Of a DNA stretch of 64,000 bases, positions 14,730-25,029 are shown piece after piece. A model generated the notes under the pieces. The model made no database searches and had not been told where the DNA came from. It worked only from the letters and a program-made list of their open reading frames with translations. Position 1 is the first letter of the stretch, and every line of letters begins with the position of its first letter. The DNA is taken from the NCBI RefSeq assembly GCF_009914755.1, contig NC_060944.1; one strand, given 5' to 3'. The DNA comes from the human T2T-CHM13v2.0 reference genome, Homo sapiens. Made by a program: the position numbers and the translations under genes.

Positions 14730-15110
14730 AGGGGAAGCCTGGGTCCTCCGAGAAACAGATGCCAAGACAGAATGAAGGATGCAAGGGTTTTATTAGAGAA
14801 ATGCCTATAAAGAGGGCAAGGGAGCTGGGGGAGGGTTGGGAGGGGCAGTGGACCCCTGCACCTTCTGACCCAAGTGAAGGAGGGAGAGAGGGAAGCAAGG
14901 TTGTGTGAAAGCATCCACGTGTGGATGGCTGTGCAGTACAGACAAGGTTCAGCAAGACCAGCAGAGCATCACTGAGTCCTTGGTGTTCCTGCTGTGCTCA
15001 GTCACAGGCTGGGAGCAGCCGCTCCATGGGGCCGTGGGTCTCAGTCACCCTTTGGTCAGTGGTGAGGTGCCTGTCACCAGCCAGATAAGCACCCAGAGCC
15101 TCCCCTCCCA
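14730..15110 (-). mobile_element. Old ERVL-class LTR fragment
   Basis: GAAACAGATGCCAAGACAGAAT...TGCAAGGGTTTTATTAG pattern typical of reverse-complement ERVL LTR 3' ends. Confidence 0.5.
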
Positions 15111-15776
15111 GCTGCCTTCCAAACTACTACTGAGCAATTGGAGGAGGTAGATTGAAAACTCAGCCTGGAGTCAGAAGCAGTAGCCCCAGTCAACTTCATA
15201 CTGAGTTGAAACAGAAAATCAACAATTCACTCAAGAAATAGATTCACTTCAAAAAAAAAAGGTAAATTCATTCAAATAATAACTTGTTAACAAGGTGTTT
15301 TCTCTGTCTGAATTTGAGGAGTTCTCTCTCCATATCCAACTGGGCAACACAGAGGCATGGCTGTTATCAGCACCGAGAAATGTCAGGGTTTTAAGCTGCC
15401 ACAGAGAACATTTAGCTTGAAAATAAGAAAGACTTTCTGGATGGTGAGGGGAGCTTTAAACATTGCAAAGGGTTATAGAATTATTTTGTTTTAGAATTCT
15501 TAAAAATCAGGTTTAAATCTTACCGTTTTAAGGTAAGTTGAGTGACTCAGGGGGAAGATGCTTTGAAGTCCTAGCTTTGCAAACTACCTGAATTCTCTCA
15601 GCATCTGGTTGAGGTCATCAAAGGCACCACTGAGGTGACAGCAGGGAGAGGTCTTTGCTTTGAGGCTGACAAAATATGCAGCATGTCAATGCAAACATAG
15701 TGCTTAGCAAAAGCCAACCCCCAATGCGGGTATCCTAGAGGAGCAGATAGTTGGCTACTATCATTTTTACAGAATC

Positions 15777-15840
15777 AAACAGATTTATATATATCTGTTT
15801 TATATATATATATATATAAGATTATATATATATAATCTTA
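15777..15840. repeat. (TA)n tract flanked by two 24-bp palindromes
   Basis: AAACAGATTTATATATATCTGTTT (1 mismatched pair), then (TA)8, then perfect TAAGATTATATATATATAATCTTA. Confidence 0.9.
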
Positions 15841-16408
15841 ATAATCATCCTAATAAACAATTTTCAGAGTCAAAATTTAAAAAGTTGAATCAATCAAAGA
15901 AGACAAGAAAAAATGCCTGATTAATTTGAAAGTATTAGATTGCTTTTTCTGTGACCATCTTTCAGTTCACCTATTGAACTTTCTCTCATTGTTCACAATA
16001 ATTCACCTAAAGGCAGATGACCCCATGGAGAATTCCAAGCTGACGTCTACCACTCTCTGCCTATCTAAAGCCCCAAGACATTCATAAGTGGAAAAAACAA
16101 AAAAAACAACAAAAGTCAGCAGCTAAAGAAAGTCTTCAGTCAGAAGCTTGGGGTCTCTCTTGTCACCTGGGTGAGAGTCAGGTAATATTGCACTGCGGAG
16201 ACTGGCTCAGCTGTGTTGCCTCAGCTAATAAGGGGAATGCTTTGCTTGCTCTTTATAGCCAGATGTATTATTAAGCACAGGTTTACAGAAGCATCTTAAA
16301 ACACTGACTTAGTGCTGTAAACTGTGAAAAGTAGAAATTCATGTGAATGCTTCAAGTTTTTTTGATGAACTTTCAGTGGATGATGGTGGTTGTAACTGTC
16401 TGCTTTTT

Positions 16409-16538
16409 ATTTTTGCCTAGTGTTCCATTATTGGAACATAAGCATGTGACAGTTATTTATATCCTATTGCTCAAGGTCATCGCCAAGGTCTGATTGCAAA
16501 AGTTCAAAAAATTGCAACCTCGGGCATAAATGGGTTCA
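16409..16538 (+). mobile_element. MER85 (piggyBac/PGBD3-associated MITE)
   Basis: GCCTAGTGTTCCATTATTGGAAC...GCTCAAGGTCATCGCCAAGGTCTGATTGCAAAA..CAAAAAATTGCAACCTC.GGCATAAATGGGTT matches MER85; 5' TIR degraded. Confidence 0.92.
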
Positions 16539-17259
16539 ATAACATTAGAAGGACTATATTTCATTATTCAGGTAGTTCCAGTTAAGATATAGATATTTTA
16601 TCTTGTGCAAATAGCTCTCTCTCTAGGAAGTTCTCCTCACTCAGGATTTAATGGAACATGCCCTTTCTCCGCAATGTATCATCCAAGGCATTTCAGGTTA
16701 TATGTGGGGCAGTATCACCCTGTTACTTATTAATAGACTAATGATAGATGACCAAATCCTCGTACATAAAACATTTATATTTTATTTCTGGAGTTTGGGG
16801 ATTGAAACTGGGTCAAATCACAGAGAGCTCTTACACAAACTAATGAGCTTACAAAATCCAGATCCTCAGAAATCATGCAGTGGTTTTAATGAATGTTCCG
16901 CAGGGAAAACGCACCAAGATTTGTTGTTTGAATGAGGCAGTGACTAAACTCAGGTCACCTTAGGTAAGTTTTCTCCAAGATGCAGAGTATTAAACTTGCA
17001 TCTGCATCTCTTTGATTGTTTTGCTTCCTTTTTAAATCACAGTTGTTGGTTTTTCTCTTTGAAAAGCAAGATAAGGATGAGGACACCAAAATTCTTCTGC
17101 TGCCTTGTGGTAGGCCCTGGAATTTGGTAAGAGTGACTCAGTAGAGACTCTCACTTTGAAAAAATATAAAGTATTAATAGAAAATGTAAAGTATGGTAAG
17201 ACCAACAAATTAGGAGACAACTGCCACTGAAAAAATAGTGCGTAGCAATAGCAAGCAAT

Positions 17260-17642
17260 TTCAAAAGGTGAGTCCATAGCTCCAAGGGGAAGTAGGACTG
17301 ATTACCGTCTCATCTTAATGTCTCTCTAGGCCCCATGGTTTAAAAGGACTCACATTCTTCACATAAAGGTTCTTTTCTTTTCTCACTAGGTTTTTGACAC
17401 CTGGCCCTGGGGTGACCTGAACAGTGGATAGTGGTCCCAAAGTGGGGAGTGAGAGTCTAATAAAGGAGATGGTTGGGTGTGAGCTCTGGATTGATTGGTT
17501 TGTATTTGAAAAGCACAGTCTTGGGTATGTTGCTCCCTATCTCTAGGAGCTGGTTAACCCTGGGAGGGGCAGTCCCTCAGGGTCAGCAAGATGCAGTATC
17601 AGAGCATTGAAATACAGGAAATGAAAGACGTGATTAATACAC
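17260..17642 (-). mobile_element. ERV LTR fragment (LTR47-like, tentative)
   Basis: Minus strand starts TGTATTAATC...CTTGCTGACCCTGAGGGACTGCCCCTCCCAGGG..CTCCTAGAGATAG; left boundary uncertain. Confidence 0.55.
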
Positions 17643-18649
17643 ATCACTGAGCTGAAATGTCAGTGGTTTACCGAACAAGATAAGTAAAGATTTAGGACTA
17701 CATTTGTGCTCACAGAAACCCCCATATATGGGAAATTTTCATGGGCAGTAAAACCAAGGAACCGCTGAACTGTATTCTCCCATGGAATTTCCTAAACCTG
17801 GCATCCATCAGCCCCTTTTGATCACTCCACAGCGAGGGCTTGGGAAAGCTCTCTAGAGAGAAGCAGGCAGCTGAACAAGGTGCGAGAGAAAAGGAGCATC
17901 ACCTTGAGTCTGAGCACATGGTGGGAACAAATGAGAAAACGTTCTTCAGGTGACCTCAGCTCAAGAAAGTGGACACTGCAGGAAGAACATTTCAATTCTG
18001 GAAAAAACAGAAAACTTTATAGAACCCTGGTCTGCACTGTTAGCATTGGTGCATTGGTGACAAATGATTTTTTTTTCTTTTGGAGAATTTGTCATTTTTG
18101 CTCAGAAAGAAACAAATAATACCTACAGTGAGGCATGCTATCTACCATTCTCTTTTTTTCTCTACATCCCTCTAATAGGCAGCACAGCTGCCTCTGGATG
18201 GTTATTTGTTCTTGGCTAATTACAAAGTAAAGGGATTTTACAGTCTTACAGATGGGAACTTAGAGATAGGATGCTTTTTTTTTTTTTCTGGAAAGAAATG
18301 GAGCTCATTTAATGCCTAATTAGGGAGAGTCACATGTGCAGGGTAAGGGGAATGGTGACTGCTAACCTGAAGGGAAGGAACTCTTTCCTTCTTGCTGGCA
18401 TCATACAGGGATTCTGTCTCTTACTTTTGTAAGCCACTTAACAATTGACAGTTATCTTGGCAACAGCCAAGATATTCAAAATTTCAAAAAATTCAAAAAA
18501 TTCAAAAAAGGCTATCTTTCCTTAGTCTTCCCCGTAGCTTGAGGTGCTCTGCATATCTTTGGACAGATACTTGTTGATCAACTGATCCAATTACTCCAGC
18601 TTTGGATTTTGCCAAAATTATTTACAAATGCTGCCCTCTCTATTTTGAG

Positions 18650-18850
18650 ACAATGCACAATGGAGAGAGAACAGGCTTCCAAGTAAGGCAAGGCCAGGTT
18701 TAAATCCTGGCAGAGCCAATTACCAGCTGCAGAAAGTTGGGAAACTTAACTCCCCAGAACTTGAATTTTCTCCTCTGTAAAATGAGCATAACAGCACCTA
18801 CTCCATCACTTCACTGACATGATTAAGTGGTACTGCCCATGCAAGAACCT
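18650..18850 (+). mobile_element. MIR
   Basis: GGTTTAAATCCTGGC...TTTTCTCCTCTGTAAAATGAGCATAACAGCACCTAC MIR core. Confidence 0.75.
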
Positions 18851-20099
18851 GCCATCTTACAGACTTATCTTCAGTATATGTTTTACATTTCTACACCAAA
18901 CAACATAGAAAAGGATTTTAGTAAAAAAGACATTCGTTGTCACCACTTATAGTCTATACCATAGCATTAAGTACAATTTCAAGGAGAAATGTTTTGGAAG
19001 GAGATTCATCTGCCCACTAAAATGTTAGGAATCCAGAATGATCTACTTGGCTAGATGATGTGCTCACAGTTCAGTACTGGACAGTTAGGGGTATCCCAGG
19101 GCAATTAGTATGTGCTTAAAGTACTCACGGTCACCTTTGGAGCTTTTTCCCCAGGCAAAGAGTGACCCAGCTGGAGTGCCCACCCCTGACAAGCACTGAC
19201 CTGTAGACTCAGAATCCAAAGGTGACTGTAGTTTTCTCGTCTGTCTAGTGAGAGTCTGTGATAGCTTTCCTTATCTTTAAAGTCTCTTCCAGTTGGAACA
19301 GTCCTATAACAGCTCATGGTTATAGGAGAAACATAGAACAGAGAAAAGTCTGCCCTGCTGACTTGCCTACACCTCACATTGTAGTAGATGCCCAAACTGG
19401 TTCCAAGAATGAATGATATAATGATGCAGACATTCATTTTCTTGTCTCTTGGGTCTGCAGCTTAATCACCTGAAACTCTCTGTACCAAGTGACCTGCTGG
19501 CATGTCCTTCCTACAAGTGCTGACTTGTGCTTGGCAAGGAGACTGGTTTAAGATCTTCCTCAGTTCAAATGCAAATAGTGGAGATAATAATAGCTAACAG
19601 TTGTTGAGTATTTACCATGTGTCAGATAGTTTCCAGAACTTGGCACATGTCAGTTGATTCAGTCCTTACACCCTGAGGTAAGGATCACTGTTTTCATATC
19701 CTATACTAATATAATAGTACTTATGTTTTCCTAGTTGCACTGAGCCACTAATGGAACTTCTAATTGACCCGTCCTTTTTCAACGGTTGGGAATACTCTCC
19801 TCTGACTTCCTTTAAAAAAGCCATGTAAAAGGACCCAAGTAGAATTTCAGCTCATGATCTTGGCCTTATTTAGCATGACGCTCAGATTTATGTCTCTTGG
19901 ACTTCACAGATGGATGTGAGAAAGAACTCCTGCTCTACCTGCTGAAAAGGTCCAGTATGCTCATGTAGATTTACTGACCCCAGTACTTTCAGGGGCTTCT
20001 CCAGGGGATATCTTCCCCACCTCAACCCTAGTTTCTGGCTGGATGCTCCCAGGAGCTTTGTGGCTGATAGACAGCACTAGAGCAAAGGAGCCCAGGAGG

Positions 20100-20530
20100 T
20101 CTTCTGGCTGCCTCTCTCATCATATCAGTCTTACTCTCTTTTACTCTTTTCTTGGTGTGTATTCACGTATCTGCTTTCACAGGCAGCCGGGTCCAGGGTC
20201 ACCACTACACCTGGACCCAATCTTTACATCTCAGCTTCTAGGGATAATGGGACTCTCTCCCCATCTCTACTTGGGAAAACCCCAAAGAAGGGCTCTGATT
20301 GGTTACAGCTGGCACCTGTGCCCTTCCCTGGACCAATCACAATGGCTAAGAAACTGAGGGACCATTTTTGGTTCAGCACAGGCCATGTCTCCACTTTTGA
20401 TCAATTTCTGCAGCCAGGGGATTGGGGTCACATCAGAGGATAGCAGCCCCCATTGATGAGAAAGCTAGAAGGGCAGTGGGGGCTAGGTGTACCCACGAAA
20501 AGAGAGATCAAGTTCCAAAAGACAGAACGG
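20100..20530 (-). mobile_element. MLT1 (MaLR, J/K-like) LTR fragment
   Basis: GGGCTCTGATTGG....CACCTGTGCCCTTCCCTGGACCAATCAC and a second degenerate copy, typical of old MLT1. Confidence 0.55.
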
Positions 20531-20688
20531 ATAAATGAGTGAACAGAATAACATGGTGAGACATGTAAATGTTGGTGAGTAAATGTTGGAGGAGCAGTGA
20601 AATGGCCTTGTGGGGACATCAAAAGCAAATGGACTGTGTCAATGTAGGGGGGAGAGAGGATACATAAGAGGAAAGACATGAGAGTCGG

Positions 20689-21047
20689 TGATATGGTTTG
20701 GCTCTGTATCCCCACCCAAGTCTCACTTTGAATTGTAATTCCCATAATCCCCAAGTGTCAAGGGCAGGACCAGGTGGAGGTAATTGAATCATGGGGGCAG
20801 TTTTCCCCATGCTGTTCTCATGATAATGAGTGAGTCTCACAAGATCTGATGGTTTTATAAGCACCTGGCATTTGCCCTGCTGTCACTCATTCTCTCTCCC
20901 GATTCCCTGTGAAGTGGTGTCTTCCACCATGATTGTAGTTTTCTCAGGCCTCCCCAGCCATGCGGAACTGTGAGTCAATGAAACCTCTTTTATAAATTAC
21001 CCAGTCCTGCGTATTTCCTTATAGCAATGTGAAAATGGACTAATACA
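20689..21047 (+). mobile_element. THE1 (THE1D-like) solo LTR
   Basis: TGATATGGTTTGGCTCTGT...GGACTAATACA; 5-bp TSD GTCGG (20684-20688)/GTCAG (21048-21052). Confidence 0.92.
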
Positions 21048-21935
21048 GTCAGAATTAGTAGAAGTGAGAAGACAGAGCAAGAAGTGCTGGGGCCAACATC
21101 ATGCCCTCAAGAATCCCATGAGGAGGTGGGAAGAAGGCTGAGGCTTATCCAGGCCAATTGACCCAAACGGCCAGGACAGGATAATGCTAGTGAGCATCTG
21201 GGTTTCCACAGCCTGGCCCTGCCCTGCAGTTCTCTATAGCAAACCCACGTGCCTGAGGGGAGATGGTTTTCAAGACAGCTGCTAGGGGTGCCAGGGAGCT
21301 CCTGTGCTCCTCAAGTGCGTTCTGATCCTGTCTCCATCCTCCTCCACCCTGTTCCCCCTGCTCTTTGGGGCATGGTGGTTGGTCATGCTTCCCTCTCCCA
21401 GCATAATTCCAGAAAATTCCCCACCACCATTTTGCCACAAGCTGGTGAAGGGACATTAATGAGGTCGTTATAGGGCCTGCTGCATTTTCGGAACAGAACT
21501 CTGCACATGAGTCTAACTGCCAAGTGAGCTGATGGAGAACACCATGGCTTTCCCTGAAAGGCTCTGGCATTAGTGCCCAAACACTCTCACTTCCTCAAGG
21601 TCCCCTGTGTTTTTGAACCCAGGGCCCCTGTGTTTTTGAAAATGTGAAATGATAAGTGAGAAAATGAAGTGAATCAAGTTTTGTGGGTCCTTGGTGTCTG
21701 GGCATCAGGCGCTCAGCTGTGAAAGGAAAATGCTGGTCTTTGAGCACACAAAAGTCATCTGACAGAGTTAGAAAGAAGGGGCTTTTCACCACTTCAGGGC
21801 AGTAAATTGAACTTTGAAAAGGGCACCTTTCCTTCTGGGAGGACTGATTTGTACAGCCGTTATTTCTGAGTGATATAAAGATGGTCTTAGAGATCTTCAA
21901 TGTCCGGCTCCTGGCCCATCACCTGCTTAGGGGGT

Positions 21936-22435
21936 GGTAGGTAGTGTAGACAGCAAACTGCTTGCTGGCCTCTATACAGGACATCCCTACATGGTAGGTA
22001 GTGTGGACAGCAAGCTGCTCATTGGCCTCTGCACCCGACACCCCCATACAGTAGGTAGTGTAGACACCAAGCAACTCATTGGTCTCTGCACCTAGCACCC
22101 CTACATGGTAGGCAGTGTGAACAACAAGCTGCTCATTGGCCTCCCCACCTGGCATTCCCACATGGTAGGTAGTGTAGACACCAAGCCACTCATTGGCCTC
22201 TGCACCCAGCATCCCCACAGGGTAGGTAGTGTGGACAGCAATCTGCTCATTGGCCTCTGCACCTGGCACCCTGACATGGCAGGTAGTATAGACACTAAGC
22301 CACTCATTGGTCTCTGCCCCTGGCACCCTCACAGGGTAGGTAGTGTAGATAGTAAGCTGCTCGTTGGCCTCTGCACCTGGCATCCCCACAGGGTAGGCAG
22401 TATAGACAGCAAGCTGCTTTTGACCTCTGCATCCT
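21936..22435. repeat. 57-bp minisatellite, ~8.8 copies, no indels
   Basis: Units start at 21936, 21993, 22050, 22107, 22164, 22221, 22278, 22335, 22392; representative unit GGTAGGTAGTGTAGACACCAAGCCACTCATTGGCCTCTGCACCCAGCATCCCCACAG. Confidence 0.97.
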
Positions 22436-25029
22436 CCCTCTCCAGTCCTCAACTTGTGACTGCCTGAGGCACTGTAAATCATGCCCAGAGTCAAGCGCAT
22501 GGTGAGACAAGTGCATACCCGGGGGAAGAAGCCTTTGGCTGTGGCTTTCTGGGATGCAGAGTGGCCTCCCAGGAAATAAGGCTGATTGCCTCCAGGTTGG
22601 CACCCCACATCCCATACAGATGTTCCCATTCCACTGCTGTGCTTGTCTCCACTGCCACATCTTCCTTGCCCCTCCACCAGCCTGCTGCCCCCTTAGCACT
22701 CTGTGACAGCTGTCCTGTTGGTGACCCCAGACCCACATTCAGTGGAGCATGGGATGCTGCTGGGCAGCCATCCCAGGTCTGGGGATCAGGCCTCCCTCAT
22801 CTTGAGAAACGTTCCTTTACTTTCAAAACTTTGTAGGAACATGGCACCAAATTTTCGTCTTTGTATTTTTGCTTGGTTTAAAAAATTTTTTTCTTCTGTG
22901 GAAAATGAACACACATGTAAACAAAAATTATATATTGGGACATAAGCCTGCCCTTCCTCGCCAAAAAACAAAACAAAACCACAGATAGATTTGGCTGTTC
23001 CTGTCTCAGAAGTATATTTGTGAAACACTTCTGAATGATTTATATCCCATGTAACTCCATACAAATTTTGTTAGCACATGTGAGTAACTTCTTAGCACCC
23101 CACCAAAATGATTACTAATAATAGCCTGATTCACCAAAAACAAACCAAAACTTATTTCCTTCCAAGCAAGAGTCTTCCAGATCTCTTGCTTTCTTCCTTT
23201 ACATTTATCCATCAATTATGTCTGTATAAAGTCAGAACAACTGATGGTTTGGATCTGTGTAGTGGGCAAGTTCAGAGGTCTCTGAATGGAAAATAATGGA
23301 ATGCCTCGCTGATCCGAGTGATTGATTTGGCAATAACACGGTCTCTCCGTGTAGACGTTGTTAACTCTTGCTGAGGGTAAGAAGGGGAGAGAGAGGTTGA
23401 ATTCGGTCTTAAACTGAGGAAGCTGTTGGCTTTGCATGTGGCCAGCTTTGGGTGGGAGGGGGATGTTAGTGGCTGGGTTTCTGACGGGATGTTGGGGTTT
23501 TAGTTCAATACAAGAAATACATATTCCTATGGATTTATTATATTTCACTTTTTCAAATATGGGAAACAAAATCAAAGTTAACCTTAACAATTTGTCTTTG
23601 CTGAAACACAGTGATGTGAGAATCCTCAAGCACTGAAAACAGACATCGTTCTAGAATTTGCATTTTCTTATCTGGGTGAATTTAACTTATTTCGAAGCTC
23701 AGAGATATCCAATGTAAATTTAAGAGCAGCACCACAGCCTGTACTTCACTTTGATCATGCTAGTCCTATCTGACCGTGCATCGACTCACCTTATCTGTCA
23801 AACACCTAGTTGTCAAGTTAGGTGCTCTGTGGTGTTCAGGTAGGAAGGTTCTATCTGTAATCTCAGAAGGAGCTGGCAAGACAGCTGGGGAGAGAGAATG
23901 GGACAAGTGTCCAGAGATCTCTTTTGTCTCTGACTGTAGTAAGTGCCTTAAAAGTTGAATGCTGCAGAGATATGCAGAAAAGTAATACCCCAGCCCCTAC
24001 GGTGTTTCCTAGCAAGGGACAAACTACCTTTGACCTATATACCTGGCTTCCAAACCATGAGGTAAGAGAGAGAGGGTGCCGACAACGAACATTTCCTTAC
24101 TTTTCTAAACCAGAAGAGATTTCATTACTTGGAAAAATCTAGAAACAGTTCCTGGAGGAGAGGCCTCACTGTTTTTTTTTTTTTTTTTTTAAGAATGAAT
24201 TTATTTAGTAGAATGAATGAATTTAGTAGAATTTCAGCTACTAGAGGTAAGTCCAGCTCCAAGGAAGTGTGTCAGCAGAGGAAGAAGAACGATGAGAGTG
24301 TCCAGGGTTCTGCCAGGCATCTGGAGGGATGGATGGAAGATGAACTTAAGGGCTCGGGTGGAGGGCCCTGGGTGAGGGCTCAGCACTGGGCCAACAGCAG
24401 CCTCAGGGTGCATTTGGATACCGACGGACTGTTTTTTCATCACATATGAGTGACAGGGGAGTTTAGATGGATGGGTTAAAAGCAAAGCCATGTATTCTCT
24501 GAGTGGGAAGCAGGCCGGATTCTGAGAGTTCGTAATCATTGAGATTTCACATCGCATACCTGCAGCCATGTTTCAGACAAGATTGTGCACCCACTCCTGG
24601 GTGAGGCAGCTTTTGAAACCAAGCTGGAAGCCTTTAGCCTTCCTGCTGTCTCACCAAGCTAAGGATGGGCTGACCTCTGTATGGGACCTTCCCTTCCTTG
24701 CACCGTGGAAGCCCATTTCTAATTCACATTCTGACACTGACAAACTCGGTGACCTTGGTTACGTTATCTCATCTTCTTGGACCCCGGCATCCCACCTAGG
24801 GGCCGGAAGTAATGACGGTTGACACCTCATAGCCACACACAGGGCTAGCACAGACTGCTCCAGACTTGCTAGGTGAGGGCCCTGTGCATCTGAAAGCAAA
24901 GGAAGGAAGTGTGGTTAGGACTGCAGTTAGCATGGACTCAATGCACAGTCCCCACTCTGCTAATCAGATCATCACTTCTTAGACCTCCAGGGAACAGAAA
25001 TATATTTAATGTTTATTTGAGATACTTTA

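Noticed and set aside
15528-16968. Consensus plus-strand donors AG|GTAAGT (also ~6185, ~24245, ~39543)
   Set aside because: No convincing paired acceptor or coding frame; isolated donors are common in 64 kb
18474-18509. (TTCAAAAAAA)-like 10-mer triplication; similar short duplications at 24203-24232 and 25378-25434
   Set aside because: Ordinary slippage duplications with no sign of function
21936-22435. CRISPR-like array interpretation
   Set aside because: Human DNA; whole units are homologous with no unique spacers, and there are no cas genes
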